64,000 nucleotides of DNA from Podarcis bocagei (lineage: Eukaryota), in NCBI GenBank assembly GCA_964188305.1, contig OZ076896.1. One strand, written 5' to 3'. Shown here in pieces: positions 13,813 to 27,690 of this stretch (positions are counted from its first letter, which is position 1; each line of letters opens with the position of its first letter). A program made the translations under genes and the position numbers. The notes beneath the pieces were generated by a model. It had not been told where the DNA came from and did no database searches. It saw only the letters and a list, made by a program, of their open reading frames with translations.

Positions 13813-14869
13813 TATATAAAAAGACTCTATAGTCAGTTTAGTGTTCAGTTCTGGAAATTTAAAATGCCTAACGCTAGTGCTAAGCTTTATAGTTTATGCA
13901 TTATACACTTTTGGAAAAAATAGGAAACTGAAATTAACAGATTCCCTCATCCCTACTCCCTGCTATGCTTTGGCTTTTACCTTTACCCAAGCCATAATTT
14001 GTGAACCATCACCACTGCGCATAGCATGTGGTGTAGCACAGCGATGTTGCCAAGAATAATAAATGTAGAAAGAATTGTTCAGGGGACCATTATGAATATG
14101 ATTCAAAGCTCATTGAAGTTTATTTGCATACATATCTGAAAAATGAACCAAAGAACTTAGTTACCATTGGAGTATGAATACAAGGAAATACGGGTTAGTT
14201 GCACATAAAATTGACTCTGGCATTACTGGTAAGTAACAGCCCTCCTATAATGAAAAATTCCAATATACTACATACCAAGAAACAGTAGTGTCCTTTACCC
14301 CTTCTATGAGGACTTAAAAAATATAGTTGTGATGACTCCTATAAATACATTGTGAGCAAAAGCCTGAATTTTAATTCCTGACCTTAGTCCCCTGCTATGA
14401 ACTACACTTGCTAAAGGTTAATTGCTGTCATTTCACTGCAGTCAGCATTTTGTGGCTTATTGGACACAATGCACACACTTCATTTAACATTTGCACAAGT
14501 TTTTCTTCATTACTTTAAGATCACAAATGCTCCATCACCAAGGAGACTCCTTCTATAAGACTTGGAATCTAGAAGTACAGGAAGAAGGGGAATTATAAGG
14601 GACAGAAGAGGCAAGTTGTGAGGAATCCTGGACAGGAGAACCAGGCATTAGAGCTCCACCAGACAACCAATTTATTCAGCATTCATTCAGATTTGCTTGC
14701 TCAAAACTTATGTGACAGTTGAACTATTTCCAGTCTATCTTGAGCATTTGTTTTTATTTGTTTATGGGGAGGTTATATGATGATGACAATTGATGCTGAT
14801 CTGCTTGCTGCCTATTTACACACCTTCCTGTTAATTGTTGTTCATTGCACACTTGAAGATCACCATTTT

Positions 14870-15060
14870 CCTCACCAAGCTACAAGTCCCAGAATGGTTT
14901 CGCAGTCAATACCTCTTCACAAGGAACTCTGAAAATTCCAGCTCTGTGAGGGAAATAGAGGTCTCCTAACAACCCTTAGGACCCTTTCTGAACTACAGTT
15001 CCCATGATGCTTTCAGAAAAGCCTTGACTGTTTAAGGTGGCATCATAGTGCTTTAAAAGT
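14870..15060. mobile_element. partial copy of the palindromic MITE at 10890-11130
   Basis: shares GCTACAAGTCCCAG, GCTCTGTGAGGGAAATAGAGGTCTCCTAACAAC and ACTACAGTTCCCATGAT. Confidence 0.55.
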
Positions 15061-15949
15061 ATGCTGTGAATATCGCCTACATCTAGAAAATACAAAAGTG
15101 GAAAATATGAAAAGTGGAAAGTAAAGAAACAGTGTAAATGAGGGGGTGGGTGAAACAGCATTTTTTAAAAAATAAACAAAACCAAAAACACTGTACAGAA
15201 ACAGAGGGAGGTAGAAAAGAAAAAAGTGATTGAGATTTGCAGCAGCTCTAAGTCCATCAGTTACACTTATTCATTTTTGTTTTAGTTCAAAACAGCACGT
15301 GAAATCAACAAATCCATTTGAGATATTAAAAAGCACCCCAACAATATAAACCAGCATCGGTCCAGATATGGGATGATTTTTCACCTGGAAAAGTGAATAA
15401 AATTTTCTACAGGCATTCATTTGACAGGTATTGCCTTTTCCAGAATGGGAGAGTCAATAAGGGAATAGATGGGCCCATTGAAGATTACATGAAGAGAAGA
15501 GGTGCACTGGTCACTTTAAGAGAACTTAAGAAGAGCTTCCATATATCTGTCTATTGAAGAATAAAGTATATTGTACAAGTACATTGTAAAGGCCATGTTG
15601 GTGGCATTGAGATCAATGCTAATGAATAGACTTCTGATAACACGGAGCAACTCAACAGCTGAAAGCTAAATATTCTAGTTGCTTGCAAGCAGGTCAATAA
15701 AACATAGTTGACTTCGGAGACCTCTCTTTGAATGCTATTTATTTTCTCATTCAATTTAGAGTCAAGACACAGAGGTCATAAGTAAGTTGACATTGCTGTT
15801 ACTGGTAATAGAAGAATATGTCATCCAACAGATCTTTAAAACAAATTAGTTTCCATCAATTGTGCCAAATGGAAGGAGCTGTCTGGTGATGGAAGAATTA
15901 TGTCCATCAACTCTATATGTTGCTATGCCGTAATATGTGTGAGGAAGAG

Positions 15950-15982
15950 AAAGAAGGAAGGAAGGAAGGAAGGAAGGAAGGA

Positions 15983-16026
<44 letters not shown>

Positions 16027-16027
16027 A
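15950..16027. repeat. (GAAG)n(GAAA)n microsatellite
   Basis: directly visible. Confidence 0.97.
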
Positions 16028-16139
16028 ATCTCCTGCACTTGCCAATGTTCAGACTATGGGGAAAAGATAATGGAACTCGAAGTGAAATCCACAAACCTCA
16101 GCTAACCCAAATCCCGCTCCCCCATACCTTATTTTTAAG

Positions 16140-17040
16140 AAAACACATAATAAGAGCCCTGGTGGATCCATCCAGTCCAGCACTGTGCTCTCACAGAGTC
16201 CAGCCAGATGCCTATAGAAAGTCTACAAGGAGCCCTTGAGTGCAACAGCTCTTTCCCACATGGATCCTAGAAACTAGAATTAAGAGGCATGCTGCCTTTG
16301 ATACAGAAACTAATATAGCCATCCATGACTAGGAGCCGTTGATACCTTTATCCTCAAGGAATTTGTCTAAACCCCTTTTAAAGCCATTCAAGTTGGTGGC
16401 CGCTACATCTTGCAGTGATGAATTGCATAGAACTGAGCAAAGGATGACTTCCTTTTGTCTGCCCTAAATCTCCCACCATTCCATTCCATTGGATGTGCTG
16501 GGTTTTAATATTATAGAAGGGGGGAATGATTCTATTCAAACAACACATAATTTTATATACCCTTTCCCTACAATTTCCTACCATTTTAAATGCCCTTTTA
16601 TATACAGTACCTTTTTTGAGGTGGGAAGCAAAGTGGACACTTACCCCTTCCTCTGGGTGTCCGGTTGTTATGAACCCTTGCGCTCGGTCGCCATCCCCAG
16701 GCATTGAGAATGGACCATACATGGCCAGGCAGCCATTGGGGGAATTCCCCCAGCTGCCTGGGTAGCTGGCTTGAGTTCCTGCCTGCAGATGCATTTCAAA
16801 TTGGCCAGTGAGTGGCTTCTTTGGGGAGCGGAGGTTTGCAGACTGAAAGGGCATTGGTTGCAAGCATACACTTGCAGCCCATAAGGCATAAAAGCCAGCA
16901 GTGCCACCCTGAGTTGCTCCAGCACCTTAATCAACACACTTTTCTGCCCTTTTCTGGTGCTGCAATGACCTTTTTAAGGTGGGGACCAAAACTACACTGC
17001 TATTCCAAGCAGGGCACTTGGAATGGCTTATATAAGGGTT
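16140..17040 (-). mobile_element. old CR1-like 3' fragment, apparently interrupted at ~16630-16950
   Basis: CR1-type motifs (CCCTTTTAAAGCCATTCAAG, CCTTTTTAAGGTGGGGACCAAAACTACAC...TATTCCAAG); degenerate. Confidence 0.4.
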
Positions 17041-18775
17041 CAGACCCCTTGTTGCCCCCTAGAAATTAGATCACTGACCCGTGGTCATGAACTAATATCC
17101 ACATCCTTTGTATGATTTTAAGGGCACGTCTTTATGATTCCCCACTCCCCTCCAGGCAGGTGAGCTTTATTGGTTGAGTAGGCGCAGAAATTTCTGAAAT
17201 GTACATAGCAAATGTATACAGGGCACCGTAATCTGCTAAGTAGATTTAAAGAATTGTTGGAAGGATGCAAAGTGAAGGACCTGCAAAGTTCCACTCAAAA
17301 TGGTACCTTTGTTTTTTGGAGACTGTTTCCTATTGCAGATGAGGCTTCTATGTGTGTTGATGAACACTACATACAGGGGGGGGGACGACCCAAACTTGCC
17401 TTTGGCCTCCTAAAAAATATTTAAAGCAAACTGCAAGTCATGCAAATCACTCCATTTCCAATAAAACAATTCATGGTTATTGGGGCCAGTGGATAAATAG
17501 CTGATTTGGCTGCAACTCATAAAAAAGACACTGCCAAATGGATGCATTAAAAGGCATAATGCTGCCATTACTAGCTGCTTTTTCTACTTCTGATGGTCAT
17601 GAACATGAAAGAAATCAATGTAAAAGCATTAAATAAAAAAGACTGGGCACAAATCAGAACCAGCAGCGAGTGATGCATTAACACAATTAGCATCTGTATC
17701 AAACTCCAAAGGAAGACCTGATATCATTATTAGCTGAAAACCATTAGATACTAATTATAGCACCAAGAATATAATGGTTGCACATATTTCCAGCAAAAAT
17801 GTAGAATCATACTTGCCAGTTGGCTAAGCTCTGAAGGTGGGGATTGCAGTCTGCCATCCCAAACCGGCGTAATGTAAATCCATCATGTATTTGTTAGGAT
17901 AACATGAAACAGAAGAGAGATCAAATCAAAGGAAAATACAAAGACAATTTTGATAAATATTGGAGAGCAGGAGAAGAAGTCTGGAAATGAGAGTGACACT
18001 CTATGAAAGCAGTTCAGCAGAGGAGAAACTCATTCATCGCTCCCACCCACCTTGGAGAAAGGTCAAGCTTTTATTTTGCAAGTGCCAGAGGAACAAAGCA
18101 AACCTTTAAGGGGCGCAAGCAGCCGGAGACTGGCAAGAGACCTGATGCTAAATTGGTTTAGGTTTCTGAACTAGTGACAGAAACAGAGACAGATGAAGCG
18201 CTCATCACATTACAGATGGGTCATGAGTTTCAATATTGGTATTGTGATGTAGTTCTGCCGTGTATGACATTCAGCAGTAAAAACACTTGAAAAACAAATC
18301 ATTATGCCTAGGGGGATGAGCCAAATTGGCACTCCACAATAGGCACCCCCTACAGGAGGCAGCAGGAGTGTAATGTTGGCATCGAAATGAGCTGCAAGTT
18401 CTGTTTAGAAACCTATCCAGCAAAGCCTGCTCTGCAACTCAAATCCTCCAAGCTATTCAAGCTGATAAAACCCATAACAATACAACCGGCAAACCCAGAC
18501 CTCGCATAAGTGACCATTAAAGACAAAATCACAGATGTGATGCATTTGGACAGGACCCGTGCTCACCGGAATATCATAAAATAGCCCAGCTACATATGCT
18601 GAGAAAACTTTGCCAGCAGTAAGAGGCAAGATGAAATGCATGAACGGTGCAAACATTTGAGAAAGCAACAGAATGCATTAGCTCTCAGTTTGAAAAAGAA
18701 AGCCATGATTACAGAACCCAAGCATGCCAAAAGTGGTTTATCAGTGATACTGGGGAAGCGGCTGAGTTTCTTTTC

Positions 18776-18777
<2 letters not shown>

Positions 18778-18832
<55 letters not shown>
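18778..18832. repeat. (TA)n microsatellite
   Basis: directly visible. Confidence 0.98.
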
Positions 18833-18835
<3 letters not shown>

Positions 18836-19539
18836 TTTAGTGTCTAAGCAGGATAAAGCAGAGTGTGGCAAATAAAGTTAGAATAATAATTATCATGAAT
18901 TCGGGCAGAGGGAGGGGACTGCTGTCTTTCTGCCTAAGAACCCAAGGTTTTGACAATCTGAGCAAAGCACAGACACCAGATTGTGCCCGTTTATTGCTAG
19001 ATTTGGTCTAAAGCCCAACCATATGACATGGGGCTCAATTAAGCACAGCTGCTGTCCCGCCCCTTTAGAGAGGTGTAGCATGTCCTTCACGTAATGATTG
19101 GCTCAGATTGCATGCATCTGTTGAAAGCGTGGAAAATGTAAAAATCACATTTTGTCTCATATAGTTGTCCTGGATTTAATTTTGTAGCCTTTTCTACACT
19201 CTAGAAATATCACGTAAAACACACCGAAAATGAATGTCTTCGCCATGACATAACTGGGGGGGGGGGGAATAAGGAGTGTTTCTCCAACAAGAATTTGCAT
19301 GCAGATTAGGTGTGTTTTTTTCATCTAATGAAAACCCAAGAACTGACTCTACAGTTAGGTTGACTTTGATTATATGAGAACCTACAGTTTTACTTACATT
19401 ATTGATATTTTTCCTTCTTGCACGTTCCTTCACTGCAATGCTCACTGGATTTTACCATTTTATTATAATACCTTAGTCACTCCGAGTGCGCGAGACCCAA
19501 ATTAGACATTATGGAGAAAGCCACCACAGCTTGATAGGC

Positions 19540-20870
19540 TGACATCCATCTGTCTCAGGAGACAAGGGAGGAATGTGCCTTTGTGGATGAAGTCAAACTG
19601 TTGGGAGGTTACAGCACCTGCTGTGGGTGTAGAGACCAATAAGGGAGAGACATGTTTTGTTGCAGCTGGGGCAGATGAAGGCATCCAATTGTGTTGCTGC
19701 AGATGCACCCTGGTGTTTCTTCTCTCTGTGCTCCTCCCAGAGCTCATTCATCCTCTGGTCACTGCTATCAATGTACAACCTGACTGCCTGTTTCTAGGCA
19801 CTGCGGTTGTCTGCAAAGGATTCCCACATGGCAGGGATGATGTTGCCAGCCTTCATGTCACATTCACAGACATCTTTGTAATGCAGAGTTGATCTCCCAC
19901 AGACCTAGTGCCTGATGCCAGCTTGCCATTGTTGTTGTTGAGTCGCTTAGTCGTATCCGACTCTTCGTGACCCCATGGACCAGAGCACGCCAGGCACTCC
20001 TGTCTTCCACTGCCTCCCACAGTTTGGTCAAACTCATGTTAGTAGCTTCGTGAACACTGTCTAACCATCTCGTCCTCTGTCATCCCCTTCTCCTTGTGCC
20101 CTCGATCTTTCCCAGCACCAGGGTCTTTTCCAGGGAGTCTTCTCGTCTCATGAGGTGGCCAAAGTATTGGAGCCTCAGCTTCAGGATCTGTCCTTCCAGT
20201 GAGCACTCAGGGCTAATTTCCTTAAGAATGGATGCATTTGATCTTCTTGCAGTCCAAGGGACTCTCAAAAGTCTCCTCCAGCACCATAATTCAAAGCATC
20301 AATTCTTTGGCGATCAGCCTTCTTTATGGTCCAGCTCTCACCTCCATACATCACTACTGGGAAAACCATGGCTTTAACTATATGGACCTTCCAGCTTGCC
20401 ATAGGGCACGTCATTGGGGATCCTCCCCTCTTCCATTTTGTGGATATGACCAAACCAGCACAGATGTCACTGAGAAAGGTGTGTGTACTTGCTACAAATG
20501 TGAGCTTTGGAGAGCACATCTTTCTTTGTGATGCTGTCCCTCCATGTGATGCCTAAAATCTTCCTGATGCAGCATTTGGGAGGCATTGAGGCATCACTCC
20601 TAGCAACTGTAAGTTGCCCACGACTCACTTCCATAAAGCAGTGTTCTTAACACGCAAGCATGGTAGATCTTCAGTTTGGTATTGGTCATTAGCATCACAT
20701 TCTCCCATACCCTTTTGGACAGGAAAGCCATGTTGTAGCTGCCTTGCCAATACACTTGTCCAGTTCAGCGTCGATGGAGAGGTTGCTGGTTATGGTGGAA
20801 CCCAGGAGGACAAAGTCATCTACCTCTTCAAGCATGTGGTCACCAACATCTAGTAATATCATAAACCAGG
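19540..20870 (-). mobile_element. RTE-clade LINE (RTE-1/AviRTE-like) degenerate 3' part, split by a BovB insertion
   Basis: ORF 20695-20922 has LEEVDDFVLLGSTITSNLSIDAELDKCIGKAAT (RTE RT C-terminal motif); ORF 19593-19778 has FICPSCNKTCLSLIGLYTHSRCC (C-terminal Zn-finger-like motif). Confidence 0.75.
19930..20390 (-). mobile_element. BovB LINE 5'-truncated copy
   Basis: VPWTARRSNASILKEISPECSLEGQILKLRLQYFGHLMRREDSLEKTL, (CAA)n tail, 12-bp TSD CCAGCTTGCCAT at 19918-19929 and 20391-20402. Confidence 0.93.
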
Positions 20871-21969
20871 GGTCACCAGTGTGCCAGTGTCCTGCAAAAA
20901 GTTTCTGTAAATATCCTCCCAAAGAGACTGTTTACTGTTACTTCTTGGCTCCTGTTTAGCCTTTCCTACATTGAACATACACCCATAAACATGCCTACAT
21001 TTCATTGGATGCTAGGAATCCACTCTATAGTATCACATGAGGACTGACTAAGACTCTTTTTAATGTTCAATGATATTAATCTTTACTCATTGCTAACTAC
21101 AGAAGGAAAGTTTTAGGAGGTTTTGTTTTGTTTTGTTTTAAAGCCATTTTGTCAATCAATTCCAGTTTGCTTTTCCTTTAGGGCAGTTGAACTTCTCATG
21201 GAGTGCTATAGGGAGTTTAGAAAAATGAACTGCTTTCATCATATTAAATTGCCAGTACAGCAGAATTGAGGATTATGTTTTATTTGTAATATATATTATA
21301 TCTTTTGACCTGAGTGTGTGGCTAATGTTTGTATCCCACAGCAAAATACATTAATATGCAGCTATAGTTCTGATGGTTAAACATGTTATATTATGTGGTT
21401 ACACCAAAAGAGAGTACATTGGGATTTTTAAAAAAAGAAATTGGAATATAAAGTTGCACTTTGTGCATCTTCAATGTCAAAGCTGCCACGTGTAAAAAAT
21501 CAATTTGTTCCAATAGCCTAACATGGACTGGGCTGCAATGTATTAAAATAAATTCCTTAGAAACTTCCATAAAGGGAGATTTCACTACTGGATGTTTGAA
21601 ATGGAGTCTGGATAAGCATCTGTTAATTTGGGATGGTTTGACACTAAGGGATACAGCTGTAGCAAGGAGCTGGCAATGGAATAACTGATAAAATTATAAA
21701 AACTGATATTTCTAGCATGTTGCAATTATATAATTCTGTGTGAGTTCAGAGTTTTTGTCCAAGCAAAAAACAACCACTGTAGCGTGCATAACCATACTCA
21801 TGACTTCTACAACAAAGAACAGCAGAACTTTAAAATTTTGGGTCTACTGGACCCAATTGAGTCACATGACTAAAATTGATTATTTTTGTTGTGTATATTT
21901 CAAGAATCCCAACGTTTGAGAGTGAGTAGCACAGATGTTGTAAAGGTTAATGTGTTGATTAATGTGTTA

Positions 21970-22137
21970 ATGGGCTGATTTCCTTAAGAATGGAGAGGTT
22001 TGATCTTCTTGCAGTCCATGGGACTCTCAAGAGTCTCCTCCAGCACCATAATTCAAAAGCATCAATTCTTCAGCGATCAGCCTTCTTTATGGTCCAGCTC
22101 TCACTTCCATACATCACTGCTGGGAAAACCATAGCTT
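21970..22137 (-). mobile_element. BovB internal fragment
   Basis: near-identical to 20210-20375. Confidence 0.88.
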
Positions 22138-22471
22138 ACAAAGGTTTTTGTAAACAGCCCCATTGAAGAAGATGACAGTGGTTACTCAGACATTGTTTCT
22201 GGTTGCGAAGGCGGCCCCATGACAGTTAAAGCTTCAGGGCCCCCAAAATGTAGGTCTGCTGCTACTGCCTGTCAGTGTTTTCAGCCAATAAGTGAAGTCA
22301 GTGCTGTGACTGATGAATGAAGTCAGAGCTATGGCTGTAGGACAGGTGGGCATGGCTTGGCCAAATCAACTTCATGAACCAAATGTGAAGTCCTGGCATG
22401 CCTAAAGTAGGCCAGAGGTTCCCCACTGCAGGTGTGGACAATATTGAGCTAGATGGGTTAATCCTCTAAAG

Positions 22472-22609
22472 CAGCGGTTCTCAACCGGTGGGTCCCCAGA
22501 TGTGGTTGGACTACAACTCCCACCACCCCTGAGCTCTGGCCTTGCTAGCTAGGGATGATGGGAGTTGTAGTTCAACAACATCTGGGGACCCACAGGTTGA
22601 GAAAGGCTG
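22472..22609. mobile_element. hAT (Charlie-type) palindromic MITE
   Basis: CAGCGGTTCTCAACC...GGTTGAGAAAGGCTG TIRs, fully foldback, 8-bp TSD CTCTAAAG at 22464-22471 and 22610-22617. Confidence 0.88.
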
Positions 22610-24234
22610 CTCTAAAGGAACCTGTAAACATTTCACTGTACCTATGAAGGAAATCACACTACTGGATGAGACCAAAGGTCAGTCTGGTCCAGCATCTTAT
22701 AATCCTCTGGACTTTAAAGTTACATATACCAGTCCTAGCTAATAGCCACTGGTGAACCTATCCTCTGTAAATTTTGTCTAAGCCCTTTTTAAAATTACAT
22801 ATAAGTAAGAAAAAAAAACCCCCTCCTGCTTAATCGTAATTGTTTGATCTAGCCGTCTGCCTACTTTCCCATTTTCCTGATGGCTGCTTTTTAACATCCA
22901 CTACTCCAGAGCGCAAACACCTGCCACTTCATTGCCCAACATGACACACTGCCAGAGCCAGTTGTGTGCTTCTTAGAAAAGGATGCTTGCCAAGCAGGCC
23001 AGGGCTAAGCGGAACCGCTACGGAACAATTACGCAGAAGGTTAGCATCGCTCTCTCCATTTATCAGATACTAAAGCCTTATTGCAAATTGATGGGAAATT
23101 ACCTTTCCATTGACCTTTGATTGCCCCAAGTCCTAATAGTCTAAAGAAACTCATGTCCAAATACAAAAACTACTCCCACTGCTAAAATAAGTCTGAATTT
23201 AGTTTTCAAAACAATTGATTTAACCATCTCCTTTTAGCAATGGCAAATTTTTGCTTTTTTAAAAACACACACACACAAGCATTCAACAGTAACACTTTTG
23301 TGTGAGCAAGAAGGTTATAAACTATTTCACAACTAGCATTACTCTAATATTGCCCCTTTAACTTAGAGTATCAATTAGAGCCCCATGAGTTGAGTTCTCC
23401 TAGCATCTGCCTCTTTGGCACAATCAATAGACAACTGGCAGTCCAGGCTTAATGTGTCTGTCAGATGGTTAAAAGGTTGCTGATGGGATGCACCTGGTTT
23501 GTTCACACAAACATCATTTTTCTTTAAAACTCACATTATCGAAAGTTGTATATCTGTTTGCAAACATGCCACTGTGTCTGTCTAAATAATATAATGATGG
23601 AGTAAAGAGGAAAGTGTAGGTGTCGTTTGAAGGGTCACATGGCAAAGTGTTCACATTAATTCTTTGGCAGATTGAGAAACAGCCCAAACATTGGGCGTGT
23701 TGCTGGAAAAAGATACATTAGTGCCAGAATTAACTCTAGTCCAGATCTTTGAGGATAAAAAAAATCATATCCCGGTGTATAGTTCATTGCAGAATTGGGT
23801 GCTTCATAAAACAGCCCAAACTCTGCTTGCAGCAATACAGAGGGTGTCTGATTTGGCTCAGGGATCAATGTCCATTCCAATCTCTAGATTTTATTTTCCA
23901 TTTGGCAGAAGTGGATGATATTTGTAACTACAGGAGTCCATCCAGAGACTTTAAAACTCACCAAAATGCAGGCCAATAAGAGCGGGGTTTTGGTTATGAA
24001 TACTTCTAAAATGTTGTCCCCCCCCCCAAAAAAAAAAAACCCAAGAGGAACAGCCTCTAATTTAAAAAAAATAAAAGAGAGGGGGGAATTAGATTATATT
24101 TGCAGGCATTGTCCTGCCAAATTTCAGAATAGCTAGCATAGTTTTCTTGCAAGATGTCAGGGACTGGTCTTAGGAGGAATGGTGGAGTCCACCCCCCACT
24201 CCTGCACTTCCCATTGAAGAGGGAGACAGTATAG

Positions 24235-24236
<2 letters not shown>

Positions 24237-24288
<52 letters not shown>

Positions 24289-24897
24289 TTATACCCCGCC
24301 CATCTGGCTGGGTTTCCTCAGCCACTCTGGGCGGCTTCCAACAAAATATTACAATACAATCGTCCATCAAACATTAAAAGCTTCCCTAAACAGGGCTGCC
24401 TTCAGATGTCTTCTAAAAGTCTGGTACAGTGGTACCTCAGGTTACATATGCTTCAGGTTACATGCGCTTCAGGTTACAGACTCTGCTAACCCAGAAATAG
24501 TGCTTCAGGTTAAGAACTTTGCTTCAGGATGAGAACAGAAATCGTGTTCTGGCGGCGCTGCGGCAGCAGGAGGCCCCATTAGCTAAAGTGGTGCTGCAGG
24601 TTAAGAACCGTTCCAGGTTAAGTATGGACCTCTGGAACGAATTAAGTACTTAACCCGAGGTACCACCGTAGTTGTTTTTCTCTTTGACATCTGGTGGGAG
24701 GGCGTTCCACAGGGCGGGTGCCACTACCGAGAAAGCCCTCTGCCTGGTTCCCTGTAACTTGGCTTCTCTCAGTGAGGGAACCGCCAGAAGGCCCTCGGTG
24801 CTGGACCTCAGTGACCAGACGGAATGATGGGGGTGGAGACACTCCTTCAGGTATACTGGACTGAGGCCATTTAGGGCTTTAAAGGTCAGCACCAACA
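24237..24897 (-). mobile_element. L2-clade LINE 3' fragment with (TTA)n tail, interrupted by a MITE
   Basis: LTFKALNGLSPVYL...LRSS...LAVP...RAFSVVAPALWNALP (L2 ORF2 C-terminus); sister copy at 38703-39000. Confidence 0.85.
24427..24668. mobile_element. MITE family A inserted in the L2
   Basis: TA|CAGTGGTACCTCAGGTTA...TAACCCGAGGTACCACCG|TA; reverse orientation relative to the 13571 copy. Confidence 0.9.
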
Positions 24898-24899
24898 TT

Positions 24900-25290
24900 T
24901 ACAACAGTGGTTTGCAGAAGGTCACAGTTCAGTGTCTGCAGAGGGGAGAAGCTGAGAAATATTGGGAGAAGAGCAGCAGGAAGAAGCAGCACCAGGGGGG
25001 TGACAGGTGACAGACTCAGTGTCTTTAGAAATAATTCCTGACCCCCCTCCCCTCTCCCAGGACCAGGCGGACACTGATAATGTAGGAACAGAAAGCTCAG
25101 ATGCAGAAAGCACAGATAAGCTGACACAGGGATGACGTAGAATAGGAGAGATGAAGGGGGTGGGACTTTCTTCAGAGCAACACCATTATCTAAGAGAGAC
25201 GGCATTTCTATGTCTCTCTCTATGAATATTGAATAAAAGGCTGGTAAGAACGCTTCTTGTTTATCTACTTCTTAGCTGCCACTGTAGGAG
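24900..25290 (+). mobile_element. possible solo LTR fragment
   Basis: purine-rich U3-like tract with TGACGTA motif, then AATAAA at ~25232; termini and TSD not resolved. Confidence 0.3.
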
Positions 25291-27254
25291 GGATCGGATT
25301 CCCTGAAGGGCAGCCATTTCAGTTTTGGGGTGGATGAAAAAGGAATATACAATTGTTACAAAAACAGCAAACCTGAGAGAAACATCCCTGGGTAAGAAAG
25401 CTCATGAAATGTCTAAATGTCTGTCTACATTTTCCTTGCCGAAAGTAACTTCATGACACATTTATTAAAAACACTTTTATCCCGTTTTCCTACTAAATGT
25501 TTAGCTATCAACATAGCAATAAGCTATTTGTTACAGCAAAATTAATATGCAACAGTAAATAGCTAACCAGGAAACTAAAAGTTACCAGTGCAGATAGACA
25601 AATTGAAAGTCAGGGTAAACTCTGTTGTTTAAGTCTACTGGCTCATCTTTGATGGTGGCACACCTGGATAAGAATATTTTAACGCAGGTGGGTTTTAGAT
25701 GGATAAGGAGGTATCCTGGTCCCAATGTTTAAAGACTAAAACCAACTCTTTATGCTGTGTCTGAAAATAAACTGGAATCTACGGATATCAGCCATATTTT
25801 GTTTCTGAATATAGGCAGCCTCACATAAAATGTGCTCTAGTAACCATATTTTGTTTCTGAAATAGAAAGTCTATGCGCAGAACAATTTGGCATTAGTTGG
25901 GGTGGGAGACAACCTCCCCACTTGTAGTCTCTGTAGAAACCACCACAGGAACAGCACATGGAGCCAAAGGCTAGCAAGCATATTTGGATGTTTGCCTTCT
26001 TTAAATCGTGCCTGAGGTTGACTAACAGAATTGCCAGCTATTCTTAGGAAGCTAGGCAACCACACTGCAAAACAGCTTGGATGCATATACATTGACCTTC
26101 AATCACATATCTTATTTAGCGGCTTTTGTACCAACTGCAGTATGTATTAACTAAGTGTATTTCAGTGTGTTTTTTTATTAAAAAAAAACACCAGGAATAC
26201 TGTGGTTTATCTATTTCACCACCTTAAAGTTAGAAAGCTATCTCTTTTATTATTTTAAATATCTTCCTAAATTATTATCTTGCTCTTTTTTGTCCAGCAC
26301 AGACAGGAACCATTAACAGCTGATAGCTTGAGAACATAGTGTGTCTTTGGAGCCAGTGTGTGAAAGTTGCCAATAAACTCAACTTGTTTAAATTTGTGAA
26401 ACATAAATATAGCTTGCTGTCTCTATTTCTTAGATTCCATGAAAGCTTCAGGGAACGGCAGTTGTCACCCCAGAAATCTGCTTTGGGCCCTAACAAATTG
26501 GACTGCTAAAGCTGATTAGTGTTATAATGCGAGACTTGGCTTGCGGAAAGAATGGATGCTCTCCAACCGGCTGAATGCATGCTTGATGCCAAAATTTTAA
26601 AAAAAAATAACATGGCTTCCTAGCAGAAGGCTTCTTTCCTTCCTATCATATCCAAAGTACCAAGGGACCTCGATTGCTGGAATGATTCTTACTCAAATAT
26701 AGGGTGACAACACTGTATAGTTAGAGAGAAGTCATACTGAGAGAAAACCCATTCAGTGGACTTGTCAATTAAGTTAACTGATTTCAATGGAGTTTGATTA
26801 ACATAGTGCAAACATGGGTAATTTTAAATGTCTGCTGAAGTATTTCACATGATATGCCCCATCATCTAACCTTGCCAGCAGAAGCCATCTTTCCTAATCC
26901 ATTTTCGTGATAATCTGTCAGACCTCTGAGTAGTTTGCAAGGTTGAAAAAGCCTTAGCTAAAAGGACTGATCAAAGGAATCTGCAATCTGCTTTGTAGTT
27001 CCCTCCAGCTTCGTAGTGGGAAACGTAAATTCATTCCCCTATCTCCTCCTAGCCAAAGTTTTATGTCACTCTGCACATGTTTTCTCTCCTTTGGTGCACC
27101 TATTCCATTTGGTGATTCCATTACAATGCAAACATATAATTCCTTAGCTGTATTGTCTTCGGCACTTCCTATAAACTTAGTTTATTTCGACGAGCCTACC
27201 CAGACTTGTAATTCTAGCATGTAATTTTCACCCAATATTTTATTTCATAAATAG

Positions 27255-27690
27255 TTGCATGCCACCCCATTCTCCAAGATTCCAGGGGGATCTACTTCCC
27301 CAGGAACTATGTTTCCTTTTGGAAACGAAGTACTGCAGAGACTTGGTATCTTCGTAATATATGGTTTATTTACACATATATATAACCTGAATCTACATTG
27401 GACGGGTTCCCAGCATCGACCTCCAAGACAGTCTTGCTTCCTCCATAAGCACAGCTTAGGATCCAAGTAGATACCCAACACCATGTTCTGTCTGCTATTT
27501 TGCATCTCCTGGTCAAGCAACTCCTCACTTTAACCTCTCTAAGCCTTGGTTTTATCTTCTATCTCTGGGGGTCCCTCACATTTACCATCTGGCAAAGAGC
27601 CTCCCTCTCTTTGTCTTTTCCAATGGCTCATCACCTTCTTTTAGTTCCTTTTGTTGTCCCAGGCAATGTCTTTCTCTCCCTAACACCCCC
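27255..27690 (-). mobile_element. possible solo LTR fragment
   Basis: minus strand has a GA-rich U3-like tract followed by TATATATGTGTAAATAAACC; termini not resolved. Confidence 0.35.
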
